Below, in pieces: positions 1-18,645 of a DNA stretch of 64,000 nt (positions are counted from its first letter, which is position 1; each line of letters begins with the position of its first letter). The translations under genes were made by a program, and so were the position numbers. This DNA is from Macrostomum lignano. Taxonomy: Eukaryota. The notes under the pieces are model-generated. The model was not told the DNA's origin, ran no database searches, and worked only from the letters and a program-made list of their open reading frames with translations. The DNA is taken from assembly GCA_002269645.1 (NCBI GenBank), contig NIVC01000839.1, positions 186,001 to 250,000 on the forward strand, in the 5' to 3' direction.

Positions 1-74
1 TGGGGAGAGCGAGATTGGGAGAGTGAGATTGGGAGAGAGTGAGACGGCTGATCTCCCAGATCCCTCTCACTCAC

Positions 75-3559
<3,485 letters not shown>

Positions 3560-3909
3560 GACCGCTGTGTTTGGTTGCTAAGAGATGTCTCTGCAATCGA
3601 GCTTCTGTGTTAGCTAATATTGAAGAGTTGCCAGTGAACAATTTATAATGGAATGACACGAATTCTCATTTTCTAAAAGATAAGAAACTGCCCAGTTACC
3701 TTTTTCACATTATCAAAGTTGCTTTCTTATCGTCCAGAAACATTTTGCTGGCGAATTTATTCTAACGTCAAGACAAAACCAGAGAGACAGTCGAAGCAGC
3801 TCGATGTTCTTTTATCGAGAATTTTGCTTCTCTCGCTATTCAAATATCAGTTAAGAAATGGTGGCGCCTGCAGTAGCCAGGGCTGCTCAATCAGTGATTT
3901 AGCAATGGT

Positions 3910-6222
<2,313 letters not shown>

Positions 6223-6320
6223 ATTTTACTCGTTAGAGGACACAAGCTCTGAGAGCGCTGCAGTTCACACCTTAGTGAGTAGTAGCTATTGTATAGTTCT
6301 TTCACTTTTTAATAAGATAA

Positions 6321-7087
6321 GTGACCAGTTAGACAGGTGAGTGACCAGTTAGACAGGTGAGTGACCAGTTAGACAGGTGAGTGATCAGTTAGACAGGTGA
6401 GTGACCAGTTAGACAGGTGAGTGACCAGTTAGACAGGTGAGTGACCAGTTAGACAGGTGAGTGACCAGTCAGACAGGTGAGTGACCAGTTAGACAGGTGA
6501 GTGACCAGTTAGACAGGTGAGTGACCAGTTAGACAGGTGAGTGATCAGTTAGACAGGTGAGTGACCAGTTAGGTGAGTGACCAGTTAGACAGGTGAGTGA
6601 CCAGTTAGACAGGTGAGTGATCAGTTAGACAGGTGAGTGACCAGTTAGGTGAGTGATCAGTTAGACAGGCGAGTGACCAGTTAGACAGGTGAGTGACCAG
6701 TTAGGTGAGTGATCAGTTAGACAGGCGAGTGACCAGTTAGACAGGCGAGTGACCAGTTAGACAGGTGAGTGACCAGTTAGACAGGTGAGTGACCAATTAG
6801 ACAGGCGAGTGACCAGTTAGACAGGCGAGTGACCAGTTAGACAGGTGAGTGACCAGTTAGACAGGTGAGTGACCAGTTAGACAGGTGAGTGACCAGTTAG
6901 ACAGGTGAGGGACCAGTTAGACAGGTGAGTGACCAGTTAGACAGGTGAGTGACCAGTTAGACAGGTGAGTGACCACTTAGACAGGTGAGTGACCAGTTAG
7001 ACAGGTGAGTGACCAGTTAGACAGGTGAGTGACCAGTTAGACAGGTGAGGGACCAGTTAGACAGGTGAGTCACCAGTTAGACAGGTG
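6321..7087 (+). repeat. 20-bp minisatellite GTGAGTGACCAGTTAGACAG, upstream copy
   Basis: ~38 tandem copies; same unit and variants as 10575-11305. Confidence 0.97.
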
Positions 7088-7490
7088 TTTTAATTGTTGG
7101 AAAAGTTTCAGCGTGTTCAGCAAACGTATTTTAAAGTAATTCTGTGCAAATGTAAAAAAGATATTGCACTAAAACGGTTTAAGTTATTTGAAACAGTTGA
7201 CAGCTGCGTCTAAGCTTTTAATCAGTCTTATCAGGCGATTAAGAGTATACTGAAAACTCAGGTTCATAGTTAGTTAGCTATGTTATAAGCAATACGAAAT
7301 CAATTACGCTTGCTTAGCAACTAAACAGAAAGCATGGGCGGACCTTTGACATTTTTGACATTGATTTTTAATCAGATGTTGCAGCCAATTTTACCTTATC
7401 TCAACTTGATTTTTCGCTTCTAGGCTATATTTAATAATATTTTTTTAGCCTAAATTATTGCTCATTTGCTTACTATACTACTAATCAGGC

Positions 7491-8865
7491 ATGACCCTCA
7501 GGCCAGTAGTATTGTGCGGACCATCTGGCTCGGGGAAATCAACGTTAATCAAGGCGTTGATGCAAAAATACGATGGCCTATTTGCGTTCAGCGTGTCACG
7601 TGAGCTCTGCGCTGCTGTACAAAAAATTATTGAATATTAAATTTATATATTATTTAATTACGAGTACAAACCCAATGTTTGTTAATCCGTTTTACGGGTT
7701 TTTTTCTACAGACACAACGCGACAGCCAAGACCAGGGGAAGTTGATGGAAAAGGTGAGTAAAAGTACTGAATATCAAGAGGGCGCCACAATCGACTGTTA
7801 GAGAGAGGGCGCCACAATCGGGTGTCAGAGAGAGGGCGCCACAATCGGGTGTCAGAGAGAGGGCGCCACAATCGGGTGTCAGATAGAGGGCGCCACAATC
7901 GGGTGTCAGAGAGAGGGCGCCAAAATCGGGTGTCAGAGAAAGGGCGCCACTATCGGGCGTCATAGAAAGGGCGCCACAATCGGGTGTCAAAGAAACTGCG
8001 CCACAATCGGGTGTCATAGAAAGGGCGCCACAATCGGGTGTCAGAGAGGGCGCCACAATCGGGTGTCAGAGAGAGGGCGCCACAATCGGGTGTCAGAGAG
8101 AGGGCGCCACAATCGGGTGTCAGATAGAGGGCGCCACAATCGGGTGTCAGAGAGAGGGCGCCACAATCGGGTGTCAGAGAGAGGGCGCCACCCAAGCGAC
8201 ACAAGCCCGTGTTTTTTATTACAGACTATTTCTTCACCGACCGGGCCACCATGGAGTCCATGATTGCCAGAGGCGATTTCATAGAAAGCGCCCAATTTTC
8301 TGGCAATTTCTACGGCACCAGCAAGGCGGCCGTGTCGGCAGTGGCGGAGGCGGGCAAAATCTGCCTGTTAGATGTTGATACGCAGGGCGTCAAGGCGTTG
8401 AAGCGGCAGTCTGAGCTGCACCCAAAGTACATCTTCGTCATGCCGCCCTCGATTGAGGTTCTTGTGAGTAACGTCAATTTTTTAAAAGAATTTTTTACAC
8501 CTTATAGTCTCAGGTAGTCTTGCAGGCCTACTCACCACTATCACAACTATCATTTTTTCATCACTATATCATCACCATAATCATCAATATAATCATCACC
8601 ATAATCATCATTATAATCATCACCATAATCATCATCATCATCATCATCATCACCATTATCACCATCATCATTATCACCATCATTATCATCATAATTATAA
8701 ACAATAATCATCATCACCTTCATCATCATCACCATCACCATCATCATCATCATCACCATCACCATCACCATCATCATCATCACCATCATCATCACCATCA
8801 TCATCATCATCATTATAAAAATCATCATCATCATCATCACCATCATTATCATCATCATCTTCACC

Positions 8866-8896
<31 letters not shown>

Positions 8897-9168
8897 CCAT
8901 CACCATCACCATCATCACCTTCATCATCATCACCATCACCATCACCATCACCATCATCATCACCATCACCATCATCATCATCACCATCATCATCACCATC
9001 ATCATCATCATCATTATAAAAATCATCATCATCATCATCACCATCATCATCACCATCACCATCACCATCACCATCATCATCATCACCATCACCATCACCA
9101 TCATCATCATCATCATTATAAAAATCATCATCATCATCATCACCATCATTATCATCATCATCTTCACC

Positions 9169-9199
<31 letters not shown>

Positions 9200-9393
9200 C
9201 CATCACCATCACCATCATCACCTTCATCATCATCACCATCACCATCACCATCACCATCATCATCACCATCACCATCATCATCACCATCACCATCATCATC
9301 ATCACCATCATCATCACCATCATCATCATCATCATTATAAAAATCATCATCATCATCATCACCATCATCATCACCATCACCATCACCATCACC

Positions 9394-9440
<47 letters not shown>

Positions 9441-9491
9441 TATAAAAATCATCATCATCATCATCACCATCATTATCATCATCATCTTCAC

Positions 9492-9527
<36 letters not shown>

Positions 9528-9565
9528 TATAAACAATCATTATCATCATCATCATCATCATCACC

Positions 9566-9618
<53 letters not shown>

Positions 9619-10448
9619 CATTATAAACAATCATCATCATCATCATCATCATAACCATCATCATCGTTCTCACTATCGTCGCCAACATCGCCATCAGGAG
9701 CAGCGTCTGCGCGGCCGCGGCACGGAGTCGGAGGACCGAGTGCTCGCCAGACTGAGTGCAGCCAAAGCCGAGATGGAGTACGGACAGGCAGCTGGAAATT
9801 TTAACACCGTCATCGTTAATGACGACCTGGAGAGGGCGACTGCCGAGCTGGAGGAGTTTCTGCTGGAGGTAGGCGCTCGCTGGACACCCAGAGTAATACT
9901 TTTTGACACACTTGATCTGGGTGTGTTTCAGTGATTTCTGGGGGGATTCTTTCAGTGATTTCTGAGGGATTCTTTCAGTGATTTCTGAGGGATTCTTTCA
10001 GTGATTTCTGAGGGATTCTTTCGGTGATTTCTGAGGGATTCTTTCAGTGATTTCTGAGGGATTCTTTCGGTGATTTCTGAGGGATTCTTTCGGTGATTTC
10101 TGAGGGATTCTTTCAGTGATTTCTGAGGGATTCTTTCAGTGATTTCTGAGGGATTCTTTCAGTGATTTCTGAGGGATTCTTTCAGTGATTTCTGAGGGAT
10201 TCTTTCAGTGATTTCTGAGGGATTCTTTCGGTGATTTCTGGGGATTGTTTTGGAGATTTCTGAGGGATTCTTTCAGTGATTTCTGAGGGATTCTTTCGGT
10301 TATTTCCCTGGAGATTTTTTACTCATTTGAATATTCATCTGTTTAGTATTTCACTGGCCCTGTAATAATTTAAAACAAAAAAGGGCACAATATTTTCTGT
10401 AAATAATTTCAGGACATTCACCTGGCAAGGGAGAAGCGAGTGAAGTGA
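7491..10448 (+). CDS. GUK1: Guanylate kinase
   Basis: Exons 7491-7599, 7712-7753, 8225-8463, 9698-9868 and 10413-10448 in phase. [19 protein letters not shown]-loop, [68 protein letters not shown]. Confidence 0.96.
7790..8195. repeat. 27-bp minisatellite (gagagagggcgccacaatcgggtgtca) in GUK intron 2
   Basis: ~15 tandem copies; explains the [18 protein letters not shown] ORFs. Confidence 0.95.
8540..9690. repeat. (CAT/CAC)n trinucleotide array in GUK intron 3
   Basis: Lies between donor 8464 (gtgagt) and acceptor 9697; punctuated by recurring tataaaaat markers. Confidence 0.97.
9925..10285. repeat. 23-bp minisatellite (gtgatttctgagggattctttca) in GUK intron 4
   Basis: ~15 tandem copies. Confidence 0.95.
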
Positions 10449-10574
10449 CGAAACAACTGAGCTTGTGCTTCAACTACAAACTTTAAAGACATTCCACACA
10501 ATAATTAGAAACTTTTATAGCTCTTTTCTAACCAATAGTGTCCTCTCCACCTTTAATCTTTTCCTGGAATCGTT

Positions 10575-11305
10575 TGAGTGACCAGTTAGACAGGTGAGTG
10601 ACCAGTTAGACAGGTGAGTGACCAGTTAGACAGGTGAGTGACCAGTCAGACAGGCGAGTGACCAGTTAGACAGGTGAGTGATCAGTTAGACAGGTGATTG
10701 ACCAGTTAGACAGGTGAGTGACCGGTTAGGTGAGTGACTAGTTAGACAGGCGAGTGACCAGTTAGACAGGTGAGTGACCAGTCAGACAGATGAGTGACCA
10801 GTTAGACAGGTGAGTGACCAGTTAGACAGGCGAGTGACCAGTTAAACAGGTGAGTGACCAGTCAGACAGGTGAGTGACCAGTTAGACAGGTGAGTGACCA
10901 GTTAGACAGGCGAGTGACCAGTTAGACAGGTGAGTGATCAGTTAGACAGGTGATTGACCAGTTAGACAGGTGAGTGACCGGTTAGGTGAGTGACTAGTTA
11001 GACAGGCGAGTGACCAGTTAGACAGGTGAGTGACCAGTCAGACAGGTGAGTGACCAGTTAGACAGGTGAGTGACCAGTTAGACAGGCGAGTGACCAGTTA
11101 AACAGGTGAGTGATCAGTTAGACAGGTGAGTGACCAGTTAGACAGGTGAGTGATCAGTTAGACAGGTGAGTGACCAGTTAGACAGGTGAGTGATCAGTTA
11201 GACAGGTGAGTGACCAGTTAGACAGGTGAGTGACCAGTCAGACAGGCGAGTGACCAGTTAGACAGGTGAGTGACCAGTTAGACAGGCGAGTGACCAGCTA
11301 GGCAG
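10575..11305 (+). repeat. 20-bp minisatellite GTGAGTGACCAGTTAGACAG, downstream copy
   Basis: ~36 tandem copies beginning ~125 bp after the GUK stop codon. Confidence 0.97.
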
Positions 11306-11879
11306 TTGAGATTAAAAATTTTGTCACGGGTTTGACACGAAACTAAACTGTTTTTAATAACAAAAATTGTGCACTGCAATTTTAATCTATTTCTGGAATC
11401 ATTTTATCGACTATCTGTTCACACTTTCTGCTTTCGTTAGACAATTTTATTGCGCTAAAATTTAGTTTAAAGTTTTTAAATTTGAATTAGAAAATACACG
11501 ATATTCTTATATAGATACACTACTTTAAGCAAAGCTGAAAAGCACACATCACAAATATGTGTTGTTCCATTTTTATTTTTTATTGCGATCAACAAAGCAA
11601 TCGTTAAACCGATCTAAATCTGTGTGATCGACAGACTTGAGAAAAACTTTAAAGTACATTATATTTTATGTAATTTTCGGCAATGTCTCTTTATATTCTG
11701 TCTTCTATAGTTGAGACATGGAATATAATAATTTGATCCTAAATGATACGATTATGTACTATGGAAATCTTAACATGTCACTATTGTGCAACTGCATCAG
11801 CTACATGTACCGTCAAAATATAGCAAGCAATCGTACGAGTAACTGATGCTTGATGTCTGACAGTTGATGGCATGGCATG

Positions 11880-13195
11880 TACATTGAGAATCGGTAGAGG
11901 AACTGGGGTTTGGGGGTTGGTCACTTTGTGGAGCCAGTCGAATGTACATTTAGAATCGGTAGAGGAACTGGGGTTTGGGGGTTGGTCACTTTGTGGAGCC
12001 AGTCGAATGTACATTTAGAATCGGTAGAGGAACTGGGGTTTGGGGGTTGGTCACTTTGTGGAGCCAGTCGAATGTACATTTAGAATCGGTAGAGGAACTG
12101 GGGTTTGGGGGTTGGTCACTTTGTGGAGCCAGTCGAATGTACATTTAGAATCGGTAGAGGAACTGGGGTTTGGGGGGTTGGTCACTTTGTGGAGCCAGTC
12201 GAATGTACATTTAGAATCGGTAGAGGAACTGGGGTTTGGGGGTTGGTCACTTTGTGGAGCCAGTCGAATGTACATTTAGAATCGGTAGAGGAACTGGGGT
12301 TTGGGGGTTGGTCACTTTGTGGAGCCAGTCGAATGTACATTTAGAATCGGTAGAGGAACTGGGGTTTGGGGGTTGGTCACTTTGTGGAGCCAGTCGAATG
12401 TACATTTAGAATCGGTAGAGGAACTGGGGTTTGGGGGGTTGGTCACTTTGTGGAGCCAGTCGAATGTACATTTAGAATCGGTAGAGGAACTGGGGTTTGG
12501 GGGTTGGTCACTTTGTGGAGCCAGTCGAATGTACATTTAGAATCGGTAGAGGAACTGGGGTTTGGGGGGTTGGTCACTTTGTGGAGCCAGTCGAATGTAC
12601 ATTTAGAATCGGTAGAGGAACTGGGGTTTGGGGGGTTGGTCACTTTGTGGAGCCAGTCGAATGTACATTTAGAATCGGTAGAGGAACTGGGGTTTGGGGG
12701 GTTGGTCACTTTGTGGAGCCAGTCGAATGTACATTTAGAATCGGTAGAGGAACTGGGGTTTGGGGGGTTGGTCACTTTGTGGAGCCAGTCGAATGTACAT
12801 TTAGAATCGGTAGAGGAACTGGGGTTTGGGGGGTTGGTCGCTTTGTGGAGCCAGTCGAATGTACATTTAGAATCGGTAGAGGAACTGGGGTTTGGGGGGT
12901 TGGTCACTTTGTGGAGCCAGTCGAATGTACATTTAGAATCGGTAGAGGAACTGGGGTTTGGGGGGTTGGTCACTTTGTGGAGCCAGTCGAATCTACATTG
13001 AGAATCGGTAGAGGAACTGGGGTTTGGGGGGTTGGTCACTTTGTGGAGCCAGTCGAATGTACATTTAGAATCGGTAGAGGAACTGGGGTTTGGGGGGTTG
13101 GTCACTTTGTGGAGCCAGTCGAATGTACATTTAGAATCGGTAGAGGAACTGGGGTTTGGGGGGTTGGTCACTTTGTGGAGCCAGTCGAATGTCTA
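11880..13195. repeat. 65/66-bp highly homogeneous G-rich tandem repeat
   Basis: ~20 near-identical copies of gaatgtacatttagaatcggtagaggaactggggtttggggg(g)ttggtcactttgtggagccagtc, differing mainly in G-run length. Confidence 0.97.
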
Positions 13196-13290
13196 TAAGG
13201 CTGTGAGAGCAATGTACACACTAAGCTAAAACAACATATTAGCTACTGTAATGAATAATTAAACTGTTATTAATACTACAAAAATAAAGA

Positions 13291-14931
13291 TCACACCATC
13301 AGTCTCAGACGCAGTCCAGTTGCAACAGTTCTCAGACTGCCAATCAGAATCGATCTGGCCCAATAAATATTCAATACATCGAGTAGCAGACTTGAACTAA
13401 TCCAGACAATGAGTACCGCGTCAGCTTCAGACACCAATCGGTTGAATTCGGCTGTCCTGGTAGTCTCAGCAAAGTAATACCAATAGACAGGTATGACAAG
13501 CAGTCGACAGGCTAAATAGCTACTCGAGAGACAAACTGAGTTGCCAAGGCTGAGCAGTGAGCCAACGCTGACGTTACACAGCCTGTTGTACCAATTCACG
13601 TTCAGAAACGGAGTAGACATCTCAGAGAGCAGTCGGAACAGGGCAAAGAAGTGCAGAATACCGCGACTCTGTGGTGGATCAAGGAGAGGTGCAGCTTAGT
13701 GCCCGAAGTTCGAAAGGACTCTTTGGAGCGTGCGCGCGAATATTGACCAGGATGATAATTAGTCAATTCAGCCCTCCCTACAATTATCATATCATTACTA
13801 TTAAGAGTCAATCCATGCTATACCAGCTTCATATGCTATTAGAATACGCCTAGAAGTTCCCATAGTAACCATCGCTAATTCGCTCACAGTGCAAATCCAG
13901 AAGCAAAGAGCCGCCACTCCGTGATGCAACCAGAAGACCAGCAAGTTGACGTCTCGCCAATAAATCGGCATCGAAATCGCGTCTGCGTTCAAGTTTGAGC
14001 ATTTATAAATTGTTAACGAATATTGTTAACTATTTGAACATTTCGATTGACAATTACGAGCTAGGATTATTGATATTTTTAATCTTACCTGCTAGCATGT
14101 ATGCTGCACTGATTGACAGAGTGACACCTCCGAGTTTGGTTGGCTGGCTAAAAATTTTTGGGGGAAATTGCTGCATTCATTCTATCACGGACACTTGAGT
14201 TCCTAGTCCCTAGTAACTAGGTCTCTGCATTGTCGGTTCTTGTAGGGTGATTAGGTTCAGTATATCCCCTGTTCTTGTGGATAAGCCTTCAACTCGTTTA
14301 TAAAAACAAAAGTACTCTCACCTAATCTTGTCACTCCACAGGGGCTCCTCAAATGCCAAGGCGTAGGCGCTGAGCAGTGTGACCAGAGTGGCGTGGAGGC
14401 TGGATACAATTCTGGGAATTTTTTTCAAGAGGAGTTGCAAACGACTGCAGATAACTACGAGAACCTAATAGTTATCAACCTAAATGTTTTTTTTTCGATC
14501 AATCAGCCAATCAGTCAATCAATCGATTAATCAATAAATTAATCAATAAATTAATCAATCAATCAATCAATCATTAATCAATCAATTAATCAATCAATCA
14601 ATCAATCAATCAAATAATCAATCATCAATCAATCTACGAATGAGGTAAGTTACAAATCAATAAATTTATTTAATCCAATCAGCAAATCAATGAAATCAAT
14701 TCACTAATCATCAATCAACCAAACTCCGACTCACCTCGAGTCCCATTCCATCTGCAGTTGCCAAGTCAGCTCTGAATAAGACTTGAAACGTCTCAAGCAG
14801 ACTCTCCTGCTAACGTAGTGATGAAGCACTAGGCAGAGCAGGAAGAATGCTACACCAACACTGAAATTCAGACTAGCATGCTGATCACCAACTTCCGCGG
14901 GCAGCTTCTGCTTCGATACGTCAACAGTCAT
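13291..14931 (-). CDS. TLCD4: TLC (TRAM/LAG1/CLN8) domain protein, TLCD4/TMEM56-like, 272 aa
   Basis: Exons 14735-14931, 14322-14411, 14089-14147, 13888-13982 and 13291-13668 in phase. Motifs EWDSRIVSSLHA, SAAYMLADAI, FWLHHGVAA, FRLLSEMSTPFLNVNW, LDVLNIYW mirror TMEM56-type WNSRxVSxxH, HH, FRLLxELSxPFxN and LDVMNxxW motifs. Confidence 0.85.
14510..14720. repeat. degenerate (TCAA)n microsatellite in TLCD4 intron 1
   Basis: Direct reading. Confidence 0.9.
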
Positions 14932-15391
14932 CTTTTTTGTAGCTAAAAGTAACAATATAAAGTTGTACTCAAATAGTACTATTCGTTGAGTTGAGCAGCA
15001 ACCGTTTCGAGCTGTATCTGCTCACTAGTCTACGCTTATAATTAATGCAATCAAATAAGTTGAACTTTGAACAACCGGTGAACCTAAGCGAACATTGAAC
15101 TCGCTTTTTTGAGTCTTAATTCTATAGTTTAATTAAACTTACTCAAGTCATTTGCCAAGCTTGATAAGATAATGATTAAATCTTCAGCAAAAATGTTACC
15201 GCTGTTAACTGAAGGCTGCAGTTTTATGTTAGCAGGCATAGAACTGACGGTAGCTTCACTAATTTAAAAAAAATAAATTTAAAAAAATTCGCAAACTCTT
15301 GCCATAGACTAAACATTTTTTGATTAACTATACTTATTTTTAGAAACTTCTATTTGAGAACTCAAAGTAGCTACAGGAAAGATAGAGGTAC

Positions 15392-15648
15392 AGCTACCGC
15401 TGAGCTACCGCTGAGCTACCGCTGAGCTACCGCTGAGCTACCGCTGAGCTACCGCTGAGCTACCGCTGAGCTACCGCTGAGCTACCGCTGAGCTACCGCT
15501 GAGCTACCGCTGAGCTACCGCTGAGCTACCGCTGAGCTACCGCTGAGCTACCGCTGAGCTACCGCTGAGCTACCGCTGAGCTACCGCTGAGCTACCGCTG
15601 AGCTACCGCTGAGCTACCGCTGAGCTACCGCTGAGCTACCGCTGAGCT
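15392..15648. repeat. perfect 11-bp minisatellite (AGCTACCGCTG)n
   Basis: ~23 identical copies. Confidence 0.97.
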
Positions 15649-16194
15649 AAAAATATAAACATACATCAGAGAAATCCTCAAAACAAGATTGCTTAATCAC
15701 GCACAACCTCTCATTTTTTTAACAGTCAACGGAGTGAAACGATCTGAAACAGGAAAGTATAAACAAGAAAATGAAGGGTTGGTTGAAAAATCTACAAAAA
15801 GAAACCCACAGCATCCTCAATTGCTTGGCAAAAGCGCTGGCAGGCACAAGGAAGCTCAGCAGCGCAGGTAGCTCAGAAACACGCTCAGCTGCTGCAAGGA
15901 ACTGCTAATGGGAAAGACAGGGAGGAACAGAGAGAGAAGACACAGAGAGGAAATGGAGAAAAACGACACGGGCGCGCTGGCGCGGCAGGCGGGTAAGACA
16001 GGAGAGAACTGCTCAAAATCCTATTCTGTAGCTAGATGCCTTTTTTTGAGTCGCGCTCTTGTCTAGCCTTAAGACTGAGTGCTCAACGGAGGGATGGAGA
16101 AGGGTGGTGGAACAAGTTGAGCCAATCGTGCATGGCCCCCAAGCCTCCGCCTACCCTGTGTTTATCTAAGCGTGGAGAGCCGTAAAGAGGGAAG

Positions 16195-16195
<1 letters not shown>

Positions 16196-16238
<43 letters not shown>
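16196..16238. repeat. (GA)n microsatellite
   Basis: Direct reading. Confidence 0.95.
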
Positions 16239-16242
<4 letters not shown>

Positions 16243-16519
16243 GAATGGGGAAGCGAAATGAGGGGATTTAAGAGGCCTAGCCTTTTAAATATGTTTGAGT
16301 GCTGAGGCCTATTGAGACTGTCAAAGAACAGGAAGCTTTAGGGAATGCCAGGAAATCAGCTTTGCTTTTGCACAAATTTGAAACCAGCTGCAAGCATCTG
16401 GAAAGCAAAGAATGGAAATGGTACGTTGCTGAGTGCGTTGGTTCGCTGATCAGATTGTTTTAATTATTAAGACTATTGCATTGTGAGGCCAAATTAATTT
16501 AATAATTGCTATGGAGGCG

Positions 16520-17480
16520 CCATCATACCCTAGAAAGAGGCGCCATCACAGTCTAGAGAGAGGCGCCATCCCAGCCTAGAGAGGCGCCATCACAGTCTAG
16601 ATAGGCGCCATCACAGTCTAGAGAGAGAGGCGCCATCCCAGCCTAGAGAGGCGCCATCACAGTCTAGAGAGAGGCGCCATCACAGTCTAGAGAGAGGCGC
16701 CATCACGGTCTAGAGAGAGGCGCCATCACAGTCTAGAGAGAGGCGCATCACAGTCTAGAGAGAGGCGCATCACAGTCTAGAGAGAGGTGCCATCCCAGCC
16801 TAGAGAGAGGCGCCATCACAGTCTAGGATAGAGAGGCGCCATCACAGTCTAGGATAGAGAGGCGCCATCCAGCCTAGAGAGAGGCGCCATCACGGTCTAG
16901 GATAGAGAGGCGCCATCACAGCCTAGAGAGAGGCGCATCACAGTCTAGAGAGAGGCGCATCACAGTCTAGAGAGAGGCGCCATCACAGTCTAGAGAGAGG
17001 CGCCATCACGGTCTAGGATAGAGAGGCGCCATCCCAGCCTAGAGAGGCGCCATCCAGCCTAGAGAGAGGCGCCATCACGGTCTAGGATAGAGAGGCGCCA
17101 TCCAGCCTAGAGAGAGGCGCCATCACGGTCTAGGATAGAGAGGCGCCATCCCAGCCTAGAGAGAGGCGTCATCAAAGTCTAGAGAGAGGCGCCATCACAG
17201 CCTAGAGAGAGGCGCATCACAGTCTAGAGAGAGGCGCATCACAGTCTAGAGAGAGGCGCCATCACAGTCTAGAGAGAGGCGCCATCACGGTCTAGGATAG
17301 AGAGGCGCCATCCCAGCCTAGAGAGGCGCCATCCAGCCTAGAGAGAGGCGCCATCACGGTCTAGGATAGAGAGGCGCCATCCAGCCTAGAGAGAGGCGCC
17401 ATCACGGTCTAGGATAGAGAGGCGCCATCCCAGCCTAGAGAGAGGCGTCATCAAAGTCTAGAGAGAGGCGCCATCACAGT
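16520..17480. repeat. 21-26 bp minisatellite (gagagaggcgccatcacagtcta)
   Basis: ~40 copies with higher-order block duplication. Confidence 0.95.
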
Positions 17481-17984
17481 CAGACGAAGAAATTAGTCAA
17501 ATCCAATTTCCTAAAAAATTCATTTTCTAGAAAGCGAAACGAGAAAGGCAAATCAAATTAAATGAAAAACTATAATTATCATCCAACAGACCTTTGAGGC
17601 TGACTGTCAGGGGCAGATCCTGATTGTTTCTGTCTTTCCGGAGCAAAATTTCTTACTTAAGAATTAAGAGTAAGGTTGACTAGGATGATGAAATGATTCC
17701 ATATTCCGTAAAAATAACTAGATTAATATGGGAATTAGTGAATCTTAAGCCTGCCCAACGTCAGAGAGGAGAGACTAGCGGTGATTGAAAAGCCAGGAAG
17801 GAACTATTAAAATAGGGGGACTTCCCCTATCTGTGTGGAAATGAGAATTTATTTAAAATCAAATGCAATTCCGATTTGATTTACAATCCAAGTTTGCCAC
17901 TGAATCTGTTTCCGTCTGTTTAAATTAATTCTTGGTTACAGTTGAATTCTAAAATAGCTGCCTGAAACAGGGGATAAAACCCAG

Positions 17985-18645
17985 GGAATTATGGCAATAG
18001 CCGGGGAATTCTGGGGATAACAGGGTAATTATGGGGATAACAGGGGAATTATGGGGATAACAGGGGAATTATGGGGATAACAGGGGAATTATGGGGATAA
18101 CAGGGGAATTATGGGGATAAGAGGGGAATTATGGGGATAACAGGGGAATTATGGGGATAACAGGGGAATTATGGGGATAACAGGGGAATTATGGGGATAA
18201 CAGGGAAATTATGGGGATAACAGGGTAATTATGGGGATAACAGGGGAATTATGGGGATAACAGGGGAATTATGGGGATAACAGGGGAATTATGGGGATAA
18301 CAGGGGAATTATGGGGATAACAGGGGAATTATGGGGATAACAGGGGAATTATGGGGATAACAGGGGAATTATGGGGATAACAGGGGAATTATGGGGATAA
18401 CAGGGTAATTATGGGGATAACAGGGAAATTATGGCCATATCAGGGGAATTATAACGGGAATTCTGGGATAGCAGGGGAATTCTGGCAATAACTGGGGAAT
18501 TCAGGCAATAGCAGGAAAATTCTGGGGATAATAGGGGAATTTGGAAATATTACGGGAATTCTAGGGATAACAGGGGAATTCTGGGAGTAACAAGGGAATT
18601 CTGGGGATAACAGGGGAATTCTGTCAATAACAGGGGAATTCTTCG
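17985..18645. repeat. 20-bp minisatellite (caggggaattatggggataa)
   Basis: ~30 copies, homogeneous in the centre and degenerate at the ends. Confidence 0.96.

Noticed and set aside
8520-9630. 368-aa poly-His ORF and antisense poly-Met/poly-Asp ORFs
   Set aside because: Entirely inside GUK1 intron 3 (CAT/CAC repeat). The poly-His ORF starts at TTG, and intron retention hits a stop at 8515-8517 in a different frame.
11781-13229. Multiple ORFs in the 65/66-bp array
   Set aside because: Products of tandem periodicity; no start context or domain signature.
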